Made by a program: the position numbers and the translations under genes. From a virus: a DNA stretch of 64,000 nt. The notes below the pieces were generated by a model, which searched no databases, was not told where the DNA came from, and saw only the letters and a program-made list of their open reading frames with translations. The stretch lies in the IMG/VR virus record IMGVR_UViG_3300044984_003188; one strand, 5' to 3'. Numbering within the stretch: position 1 is the stretch's first letter; each line of letters opens with the position of its first letter. Of this stretch, positions 26,602-34,546 are shown piece after piece.

Positions 26602-28029
26602 ATGAACGCTTTTGCTAAAGCTGCTCTCAATCAAACTACTCGTACCACAAACGGTATGAAGGCTCTAAAGAGCACAACCAATCCATGTGTTGATCTATTC
26701 TATAAGATCGGTGCTTCACGTGGTAAGAATATCCTACCAGACTTTATTGCAGCATATGTTCAAGATAAGGAACTTGCTTGCCGTATTGCTCTATGGGCTC
26801 GTGATATTCGATCCGGTGCAGGTGAACGTGAAATTTTCCGTTCTATTCTTGCATATGTCTCTGATAACGATCCAAATATGGCTTCTCGTCTAGTACTTCG
26901 TGTACCAGAACTTGGGCGTTGGGATGACGTATTCTCTACTTCTGGTGAAGCACGTAATATTGCTATTGGAATGGTTCGACGTGCTCTTGCAACACGTGAT
27001 GGTCTAGCTGCAAAGTGGATGCCACGTAAGGGACCAATTGCTATTGAACTTCGTAATGCTCTAGGTTTCACTCCTAAGCAGTACCGTAAGACTCTAGTCA
27101 ATCTCTCTTCTGTTGTTGAGAGCCAGATGTGCGCTAAAGATTGGGATTCTATCAACTTCAATCATGTCCCATCTGTTGCTTCTGCTCGCTATAAGAAGGC
27201 CTTCAACCGTAATACTACCAAGTATAAGGAATGGACATCAAAGCTTGTCAGCACTGATCCTAAGGTTCGTGAAGAAGTCAAGATCAATGCTGGTGCAGTC
27301 TATCCTTATGATGTACTCAAGGGTAAGATTAGTCACTATCGGACTTCAGCTGGGTACTCTCAAGCAGAACTAAATGCTGTTCGGGCTCAGTGGGAAGCAC
27401 TACCAAACTATATGAATGGTTCAAACGTTCTTCCTCTGGTTGACGTTTCTGGATCCATGACATGCCCAGTTGGTGGTTCTAGCACCACATCTTGCCTTGA
27501 TGTGGCTGTTTCTCTTGGTCTGTATTGTGCTGATAAGAATACTGGGGACTTTAAGGACATGTTCCTTACATTCTCTAGTCAACCAGAACTACTAACTCTT
27601 CGTGGTAATATCCTACAGAAGATTGATCAGATGATTAAATCTTCATGGGCTATGAGCACCAACATTGTTGCCGCAATGGATCTAATCCTTCACACTGCAG
27701 TCAATGGTAATGTGCCACAGGAGGATATGCCTTCCACTCTTCTTATTCTTTCAGACATGCAGTTTAATCAATGCGCTCGCTTTGATGGCTCTGCTATGGA
27801 AACATTCCGTCGCAAGTTTACAGATGCCGGTTATACAATGCCAAAGATTGTTTTCTGGAATCTAAATTCACACGACAATGTTCCTGTAAAGGAAAATGAG
27901 AATGGTGTGGCTCTAGTCTCTGGTTTCAGCCCATCTATCCTCAAGTCTATTCTGGCTTCCGATCTAGAACAGTTTACACCAGAGGCAATGATGATGAAGA
28001 CCCTTATGGCTGAAAGGTACAATTTCTAA
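26602..28029 (+). CDS. DUF2828-family TROVE/Ro60-like protein with C-terminal vWA domain
   Basis: ARDIRSGAGER, ELGRWDD, LAAKWMPR; MIDAS-like VDVSGSM, ILSDMQF, IVFWNL, VSGFSP. Confidence 0.85.
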   Translation: MNAFAKAALNQTTRTTNGMKALKSTTNPCVDLFYKIGASRGKNILPDFIAAYVQDKELACRIALWARDIRSGAGEREIFRSILAYVSDNDPNMASRLVLRVPELGRWDDVFSTSGEARNIAIGMVRRALATRDGLAAKWMPRKGPIAIELRNALGFTPKQYRKTLVNLSSVVESQMCAKDWDSINFNHVPSVASARYKKAFNRNTTKYKEWTSKLVSTDPKVREEVKINAGAVYPYDVLKGKISHYRTSAGYSQAELNAVRAQWEALPNYMNGSNVLPLVDVSGSMTCPVGGSSTTSCLDVAVSLGLYCADKNTGDFKDMFLTFSSQPELLTLRGNILQKIDQMIKSSWAMSTNIVAAMDLILHTAVNGNVPQEDMPSTLLILSDMQFNQCARFDGSAMETFRRKFTDAGYTMPKIVFWNLNSHDNVPVKENENGVALVSGFSPSILKSILASDLEQFTPEAMMMKTLMAERYNF

Positions 28030-28215
28030 TGAATATTGTACTTGTTGTCTCTATGTTAATCGGTGGGGTTCCTACGGGCTCCCCGATTAATCTACAGAGC
28101 ACTAGCCCTGATTGCAGAGATGAGATAAATATGGTTGAGCATATGAATAGCGTATTTCAGAAGCATAAGTCTGAAATTCAATATAAGATTATAGAGTGTA
28201 AAAAGACTTAATACT

Positions 28216-28290
28216 ATCAGTGTGGTGTAGCGGTAACATGCCGGTCTCCAAAACCGTGCGTCCTGGGTTCGAATCCTAGCACTGGTGCCA
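28216..28290 (+). tRNA. tRNA-Trp(CCA)
   Basis: CT-CCA-AA loop; GCCA end. Confidence 0.92.
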
Positions 28291-28361
28291 AACTTTTTGA
28301 TTGACAACCACCACAGGTGGTATATAATATACATATAAATTGTTTCTTAGGAGTTAAGAAC

Positions 28362-29357
28362 ATGAAAACATTAGGCGTATTCATTGGGCGTTTTCAGCCC
28401 TTACATGAAGGTCATATTCAGGCAATCAAGGTTGCCGCTAAGCAAGTAGACCTTCTTCTGGTCCTTATCGGTTCGGCTAATCAGTGCCGTAGCATTAAAA
28501 ATCCATGGACCTATTCAGAGCGAGTTCAGATGTTCCATTCAAAATGGGAACAGATTGACAATCTGATTGACATTCTTCCCCTTAATGACTATCAATACTC
28601 CCATACTCAGTGGATGGCAGATGTACGTGCAAGCGTAGAGTATACCCAAAAGAATTGGGGCATCTATTCACCACCGACTCTTTTTGGTCACACAAAAGAT
28701 GGTAATGACTATCTTAACTGGTTTCCAGATTGGAACTTCAAAAATATTGAAGCCGAATATACAGTAAATGCTACATCTATTCGTGCAAAGATGTTTGCAG
28801 AACATGATAAGCGTATGCCGGAAACGGTCTATCAAGATCATCTGTTCTATAAGAAAGAACAAGAACTGTTTGCAAACTATCCATTCCCTGATACTCTCAA
28901 CTTCAACTGCTCTGATGCTGTTCTAGAATGTCAGGGTCATGTTCTTCTAATCCAACGTAAGTTTGCTCCAGGTGCTGGATGTTGGGCTCTACCAGGTGGA
29001 TTTAGAAATAATAAAGAAACTTTTCTTGATTGTGCTATTCGTGAACTTCAAGAAGAAACAAATGTTCGAGTACCAGAAAAAGTTCTTCGTGGCTCTATTG
29101 TCAAGACTCAACTTTTTGATTCACCGTCTCGATCATTTGGCTTGCTAAGGAATACATTAGCAGTCTATATGAGGATCAGTCCAAATCCAGACTATTCTCT
29201 ACCACGAGCAAATGGCGCCGATGATGCTGCACTATGTAAATGGGTGCCACTCACTGATGCTCTTAATACATATGAGCTCTATGATGACCATGCTGCTATT
29301 ATCTCTACTATGACTGGTGTTATGCCAATGCCAGCTTTTACCAAACTTAAGAAATAA
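28362..29357 (+). CDS. Bifunctional NMN adenylyltransferase/Nudix hydrolase (NadM-Nudix, NatV)
   Basis: GRFQPLHEGH; Nudix box GGFRNNKETFLDCAIRELQEETN. Confidence 0.93.
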   Translation: MKTLGVFIGRFQPLHEGHIQAIKVAAKQVDLLLVLIGSANQCRSIKNPWTYSERVQMFHSKWEQIDNLIDILPLNDYQYSHTQWMADVRASVEYTQKNWGIYSPPTLFGHTKDGNDYLNWFPDWNFKNIEAEYTVNATSIRAKMFAEHDKRMPETVYQDHLFYKKEQELFANYPFPDTLNFNCSDAVLECQGHVLLIQRKFAPGAGCWALPGGFRNNKETFLDCAIRELQEETNVRVPEKVLRGSIVKTQLFDSPSRSFGLLRNTLAVYMRISPNPDYSLPRANGADDAALCKWVPLTDALNTYELYDDHAAIISTMTGVMPMPAFTKLKK

Positions 29358-29374
29358 GATAAGGAGTTTATCTA

Positions 29375-30760
29375 ATGACTATTCTAAAAAATATTCTACT
29401 TAATGTTGACAGCTATAAAGTTTCAATGTTTGAACAATACCCAGAAGGGACTGAAATTGTTCACAGCTACATTGAATCACGAGGTGGTGAACATCTAGAA
29501 ACTTTATTCTTTGGTCTACAGGGTTTCATTAAAGATTATCTTCTAACGCCGGTGACAATGGCAGACATTGATCTAGCAGAAGAAATTATGCAAGCCCATG
29601 GTGAACCATTTAATCGTGTTGGTTGGGAATATATTGTTACCAACCACGGTGGTAAACTACCAGTCCATATCCGTGCAGTTCCAGAAGGTACTATTGTTCC
29701 TGTAAGTAATGTTCTACTTACTATTGAAAATACAGATCCAAATTGTTTTTGGTTGACAACACATTTGGAAACAGCTCTGCTTCGTGCAATTTGGTATCCT
29801 ACAACTGTAGCAACCAACAGCAAAGCCATCAAGAATCTAATTAAAGGATTCTTAGAAAAGAATGGTGATCCTGCTGGACTTAGCTTTAAACTTCATGACT
29901 TCGGTGCACGTGGTGTTTCAAGTCAAGAATCCGCTGGAATTGGTGGTGCTGCGCATCTAATTAATTTCATGGGTACTGATACCATTGCGGGTATTCTTTG
30001 GGCTCGTGAGCATTATAATGCAGGCATTGCTGGTTTCTCTATTCCAGCCGCAGAACACAGCACAATTACTAGTTGGGGTCGCCCATATGAAGTAAAAGCA
30101 TATGAAAATATGCTGAATAAGTTTGCCAAGCCTGGTGCTATTCTTGCTGTTGTGAGTGATAGTTATGATGTATTCAATGCAGCAGAAAATCTCTGGGGTG
30201 GTGAGCTGAAACAAAAGATCATCGACTCTGGTGCTACTCTGGTTATTCGACCAGATTCTGGTGAACCGGTTGCTGTAAATTGTAAACTTATTCAGCTCCT
30301 AGATAAGAAATTTGGCTCTACAGTAAATGATAAGGGATACCGAGTCCTGAATAATGTTAGATTAATCCAGGGTGATGGGGTCAATTATAACACAGTCAAG
30401 GATATCCTTACTGTCTTTGATAATAACGGCTACTCTGCTGATAATATTGCTTTTGGTATGGGTGGTGCTCTTCTTCAACAGGTGAATAGGGATACACAGA
30501 AATTTGCAATGAAATGCTCTGCTGTGCGAATCGGTAAACATGATTGGAGAAAAGTTCTAAAGGATCCTATTACCGATTCAGGTAAGAAAAGCAAAGCAGG
30601 TCTACTTGAACTGTGGCGTAAAGATAATAAATTTGCCACAAGTGAAACAACACCTGAATTACTCAATGGTTGGAAACATGGACTTGAAACCGTTTACCTT
30701 AATGGTAAACTAATCCGTGATATGACTTTTGAGGAAATTAGGAACAATTCAAATAGCTAA
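29375..30760 (+). CDS. nadV: Nicotinamide phosphoribosyltransferase
   Basis: DSYK, LHDFGARG, IPAAEHS, VIRPDSG, IQGDG. Confidence 0.95.
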   Translation: MTILKNILLNVDSYKVSMFEQYPEGTEIVHSYIESRGGEHLETLFFGLQGFIKDYLLTPVTMADIDLAEEIMQAHGEPFNRVGWEYIVTNHGGKLPVHIRAVPEGTIVPVSNVLLTIENTDPNCFWLTTHLETALLRAIWYPTTVATNSKAIKNLIKGFLEKNGDPAGLSFKLHDFGARGVSSQESAGIGGAAHLINFMGTDTIAGILWAREHYNAGIAGFSIPAAEHSTITSWGRPYEVKAYENMLNKFAKPGAILAVVSDSYDVFNAAENLWGGELKQKIIDSGATLVIRPDSGEPVAVNCKLIQLLDKKFGSTVNDKGYRVLNNVRLIQGDGVNYNTVKDILTVFDNNGYSADNIAFGMGGALLQQVNRDTQKFAMKCSAVRIGKHDWRKVLKDPITDSGKKSKAGLLELWRKDNKFATSETTPELLNGWKHGLETVYLNGKLIRDMTFEEIRNNSNS

Positions 30761-30763
30761 ACT

Positions 30764-30797
30764 AAAAAGGGAGAACCTAGGTTCTCCCTTTATTTTT
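30764..30797. terminator. Bidirectional terminator
   Basis: AAAAAGGGAGAAC-ctag-GTTCTCCCTTTATTTTT. Confidence 0.85.
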
Positions 30798-31071
30798 ATG
30801 GTTCATATCCCATACGAAGCAAATCATGTATATATAATAAAGCGGTTTCCTTTGCTGAATCCAGAGAAAAATGCATCCCTTTTGAATTTACAACTTTATC
30901 TTTCCACATTATAAAATAAACACCATAATTTGGTTGATATGCTATTGATACCTCAGTTGTGTTTAAATTTAAAACACCGGGTGAAGTTACTATCCATTCT
31001 GGTTCAAGATCAAAATTCATTTCTTCTCCATACGAAAAACCCATGTGAACCTGATATTTATAATCAGACAC
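30796..31071 (-). CDS. Hypothetical protein, paralog of 35068-35295
   Basis: C-terminus AKETALLYIHDLLRMGYEP vs AKTIAHDWVRDLLTMGIEP. Confidence 0.65.
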   Translation of the reverse strand: MSDYKYQVHMGFSYGEEMNFDLEPEWIVTSPGVLNLNTTEVSIAYQPNYGVYFIMWKDKVVNSKGMHFSLDSAKETALLYIHDLLRMGYEP

Positions 31072-31093
31072 ATGGGTTTTTTTATATTATAGA

Positions 31094-31366
31094 CTATTCT
31101 GATAAGATTCTATAATTGACAGTTACATATTCACCAAACTCATCTAAGATTTGTTTTCGAAGAACATTTCTTGCATTTTGGACCATAACACCATTTTCTT
31201 TTGTGTCATGCACAGTGATTGTTTTAGTTCCACAATTCTTAAGAACCTTAGCTTCAATGACATACTTTCTGTATTTACTTAAATCTTTCTTTTTTCGAAG
31301 ATCTGTAAAGTAGCCATAAGGCTTATTGTTCCAGATATCTTCTAGTTCTTCTCGTGTAAAATTCAT
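31094..31366 (-). CDS. Hypothetical protein
   Basis: 90-aa ORF in leftward operon. Confidence 0.6.
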   Translation of the reverse strand: MNFTREELEDIWNNKPYGYFTDLRKKKDLSKYRKYVIEAKVLKNCGTKTITVHDTKENGVMVQNARNVLRKQILDEFGEYVTVNYRILSE

Positions 31367-31728
31367 GATGCTTCCTTAATGTGTTTGCATGTACGCCTGA
31401 AACCAAATCCAGTGCACGTACATGTGCTATGTTTACCGTCAATTGTAACGGTGTAAATTTCTCCTTTGGAGCCCTTTACATTAAATGTTTTGATGGGGTT
31501 TATTGGCTTAGCAACTACAGGCTTTTGTGTCGTATCATCAATAGAAACAATTAATCTTTTGGGGATGATGCGCATCTTGGATGGAATATCAGCCGTAATG
31601 CACAATGAATCTGCTTCAGCCCAGGTTGGTATGGGTAGAAGTTCACCATAGAAAGTATCATATTGATCAATATGAAAGAAGCACAAATGCTTTCTATCCC
31701 ACATTGGATTTTTAGCTACAATTTTCAT
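31363..31728 (-). CDS. SWIM zinc-finger protein
   Basis: GSKGEIYTV...CTCTGFGFRRTCKH. Confidence 0.8.
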   Translation of the reverse strand: MKIVAKNPMWDRKHLCFFHIDQYDTFYGELLPIPTWAEADSLCITADIPSKMRIIPKRLIVSIDDTTQKPVVAKPINPIKTFNVKGSKGEIYTVTIDGKHSTCTCTGFGFRRTCKHIKEAS

Positions 31729-31785
31729 CACAACACCAAAAACACAAAAATTAGAAAAGCAAAAACCAAAATCCAAGTAATTACA

Positions 31786-32100
31786 TCACTGAATTCCAAG
31801 CGCATTATTGTTTTTCCTCCATATGATCCGTGCAGCCTGTTTTACAATACATACACCAGTCATTAATGACCAACCTTCTTGAGCTTCTATTAGGAGTTGG
31901 TCACAAATTAGAGGCTTGAGATTATACACTAGCTTATCCCATTTACTAAGTTCAATATCCTTGAAGGTTTCATCCTTAGATAGGATAATATCATTTCCAA
32001 GCTTAGAGTCAACATAAGAAAGCACTTCTGGTGTTACAAATTGACTATAGTACTCATCAAATGTGCACCGAGTGTAAAGATAATCACGCCTAATATACAT
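31786..32100 (-). CDS. Hypothetical protein
   Basis: Likely start MYIRRDYL; the upstream Ser/Gly run in the ORF track is an alternative-frame reading of the repeat. Confidence 0.55.
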   Translation of the reverse strand: MYIRRDYLYTRCTFDEYYSQFVTPEVLSYVDSKLGNDIILSKDETFKDIELSKWDKLVYNLKPLICDQLLIEAQEGWSLMTGVCIVKQAARIIWRKNNNALGIQ

Positions 32101-32117
32101 TTTATTATCCGTTTTAA

Positions 32118-32303
32118 TTATAAGTTTTGATCCAAGATTTGATCCCAGACTTGATCCAAGACTTGAATCCATACTTGATCCCCGACTTGATCCCCGACTT
32201 GATCCATGACTTGATCCATGACTTGAACCTCGACTTGATCCATGACTTGAACCCTGACTTGAACCCTGACTTGAACCCTGACTTGACCCAAGACTTGCTT
32301 CAT
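32118..32303 (-). CDS. QV-repeat small protein encoded by a 12-bp minisatellite
   Basis: MKQVLGQVRVQVRVQVRVQVMDQV...; GACTTGA(A/T)CCNN repeats at ~32135-32297. Confidence 0.65.
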   Translation of the reverse strand: MKQVLGQVRVQVRVQVRVQVMDQVEVQVMDQVMDQVGDQVGDQVWIQVLDQVWDQILDQNL

Positions 32304-32509
32304 TAAATTGGCTCCAGTTCCCAACGTTGGCTGATGACTTGCTCATGTGTAATCCAGCGCATATCAGCTTTAGGATCATCCTTAGGAACAATAAGAAGTT
32401 TAGATGTGTCTAAGAAATGGGATTGCACAATCCATTCCTCACCAAAGCGCTTAATTGCACCACGTTCTGTGTTTCGAGTAGGTTTCCATTTAACAAATTT
32501 AGTCGACAT
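32303..32509 (-). CDS. Hypothetical protein
   Basis: 68-aa ORF between neighbours. Confidence 0.55.
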   Translation of the reverse strand: MSTKFVKWKPTRNTERGAIKRFGEEWIVQSHFLDTSKLLIVPKDDPKADMRWITHEQVISQRWELEPI

Positions 32510-32942
32510 TTTTACTACCTACAGGTTCAGTAATTTCAAACGTATACCATCCACTACCATCTTTCTTAGGCTTAGGCATGGAAGGATCAGTGTAACCATA
32601 TTTGGTCATAAGCATCTTAGCAAAGCGATGACAATTTGGGATATCAAAACTGGAGAATGAAACACGACGAATGCCAGATGGCACAACCACTGGCTTCTTG
32701 CGCTCGGTCAGCATTTCAGGAAGAAGAAACCTGGAGTTATCAAAGAATGCACGCTTGGCTGGAATAGCTGGCGCTACATTAGATGTTAGGGTTGCAGCAT
32801 ATTCATCAGCCTTTTGAACTTCCTTGGGATGCCGTTTGGCATGAGCCTTCTGACGAGCAATTACTTCCTTCTCCACTGGAGCTGGGTTAACCGCATCGAT
32901 CTTAGACTTGTTCTTAGAACCCTTAGGGCGACCACGAGGCAT
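32499..32942 (-). CDS. AT-hook DNA-binding protein
   Basis: MPRGRPKGSKNK; GGAG SD. Confidence 0.75.
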   Translation of the reverse strand: MPRGRPKGSKNKSKIDAVNPAPVEKEVIARQKAHAKRHPKEVQKADEYAATLTSNVAPAIPAKRAFFDNSRFLLPEMLTERKKPVVVPSGIRRVSFSSFDIPNCHRFAKMLMTKYGYTDPSMPKPKKDGSGWYTFEITEPVGSKNVD

Positions 32943-33094
32943 GTTGCTCTCCTAGATTACGTACCGATTATACCATACTCACAAAAAATGTCAAGGGTTC
33001 TTTCGGCGCCTTGACATTTTTTCGTGAATAGAGCTTTTTGCTCTTAACAACCCTTTTATGAAACTTCGGGTCAATAAGAACCCTAGCCATAGGG

Positions 33095-33556
33095 TTACGT
33101 TTTATCTGCTTTCGCTTTGACATTCTTCCAGTGCTCCATGAATCGAACGTAAAGACCAAGTTCACGCCCGAATGCTTCGATTTCCCACGGTAGATCCCAA
33201 TAGTCCATGGTATTGGTATTTACCATCACGCCACGAAACTTAGTCACGTATGGCGTGCGCTCATATTGCCTTGACTCACCGGTGGCGTACTGCTTCACAT
33301 GGACCATCTCATGAGCCAGTGCAATCAGCATATCCTTAACCGAACGCTTCGGGTTGATATGCAAATTGAACTCACGAGGGCGAGCAATTTCGTCCGAATC
33401 ACATTGACCATCCACACCCTCACCCTTGAAAAAGACGTCGACAGTCAAGTTCTTGACAAGCTGACGGTTCATGAGCATTGATGCATAGAACCGAACCGCT
33501 TCGGTTACCATGTCGGACGAGAGCTTGGGTGGGCACTTACAGACTGATACTTGCAT
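33095..33556 (-). CDS. Zinc metallopeptidase-like (HEXXH) protein
   Basis: LAHEMVHVKQY and PWEIEA. Confidence 0.8.
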   Translation of the reverse strand: MQVSVCKCPPKLSSDMVTEAVRFYASMLMNRQLVKNLTVDVFFKGEGVDGQCDSDEIARPREFNLHINPKRSVKDMLIALAHEMVHVKQYATGESRQYERTPYVTKFRGVMVNTNTMDYWDLPWEIEAFGRELGLYVRFMEHWKNVKAKADKT

Positions 33557-33606
33557 GATACCCTCAATTGATCATAGTCTGGTTATAATCCAACCTGGGA
33601 TTAAAG

Positions 33607-33855
33607 TCAACCAGAAATTTCTTCCACGTCTGCGTGCACGCTGGTGTAGCCCTCCACATAATATCCGTCGGTGCTGCGCTCCATGTCAAAGGCCTTCTGA
33701 ATGGCATCCAGCACATTGCGGGCCTGCACCGGAGGGTATACAGCCTTGTTGACGTGCGGACCCGGATCATCCGTAGGGTATACAAAGGTCAGCGTAACCC
33801 TGTAGGTCTTCATCGGGGCAGGCTTACGGAAAAAACCAAACAGCTTGCAGATCAT
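33607..33855 (-). CDS. Hypothetical early protein
   Basis: Downstream of promoter 33883-33911. Confidence 0.6.
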   Translation of the reverse strand: MICKLFGFFRKPAPMKTYRVTLTFVYPTDDPGPHVNKAVYPPVQARNVLDAIQKAFDMERSTDGYYVEGYTSVHADVEEISG

Positions 33856-33907
33856 CTTTAGACCCTCATTCATCATAGTCTGGTTATAATCCAATCTGGG
33901 ATTAAAG

Positions 33908-34087
33908 TCAACCATGGTCAGGTAAAAGGTCGAGCTTTTCACGGCGCCGGAGAGCTTCAGCCACGAGCTGTCCGATGCTGCCGCGGCAGTATGCTTCCCG
34001 CTGCATCACACGGTCAAAAAGCACCCTTTCGTTATCAGTGAGTGTGCCGCGGATCGTATCAAAGATCAGCTTATCGTTGTCGGTCAT
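33908..34087 (-). CDS. Hypothetical early protein (59 aa, not in ORF track)
   Basis: MTDNDKLIFDTIRG...; GAGG SD; downstream of promoter 34114-34142. Confidence 0.6.
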   Translation of the reverse strand: MTDNDKLIFDTIRGTLTDNERVLFDRVMQREAYCRGSIGQLVAEALRRREKLDLLPDHG

Positions 34088-34113
34088 CTTTAACCCTCAT
34101 TCATCATAGTCCC

Positions 34114-34540
34114 TTTATACCATCACATGCTTTAAAAGTCAACCCCAACAAAATCAATAGGTTAGCCATGAATTGGTTCTAACCCATTGAAAAGATTACC
34201 AAAATTTTTTTCGGTGATCCGCAACTTTTTTGGGCATCAACCCTTACTTGGAACCAAAACCTAATCTTTTCAATGGGTTAGGCTTTCCAAGATGTCTAAT
34301 CTTTTCAATGGGTTAGGTTCTAAAAACGTCCCTACCCGACCTAAGCCACTGTGGATGGGTTATCATACCGCTAGGATCACTTAGCACGATCTCAGACGTA
34401 TTCTTAGCTAAGTGATTGATATGATTAGGCTTAAAAAAAATATAAGAAATATGTAGATTTTTTTGGTAATCTTTTCAATCACTTAGCCCTAACCCATTGA
34501 TATCCTTACGGTTGACTTTTATCCATCCTGGTGGTATAAA
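34114..34540. repeat. Divergent-promoter element copy 3 (seven IHF-consensus-like sites)
   Basis: Promoters 34114-34142(-) and 34512-34540(+); motifs at ~34151,34179,34262,34297,34408,34468,34489. Confidence 0.85.
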
Positions 34541-34546
34541 GAGACT

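Noticed and set aside
31786-32391. 201-aa Ser/Gly-repeat protein from the ORF track
   Set aside because: The SSxG run is another frame of the 12-bp repeat; the QV frame has a coupled start and paralogs, so the real gene probably starts near 32100.
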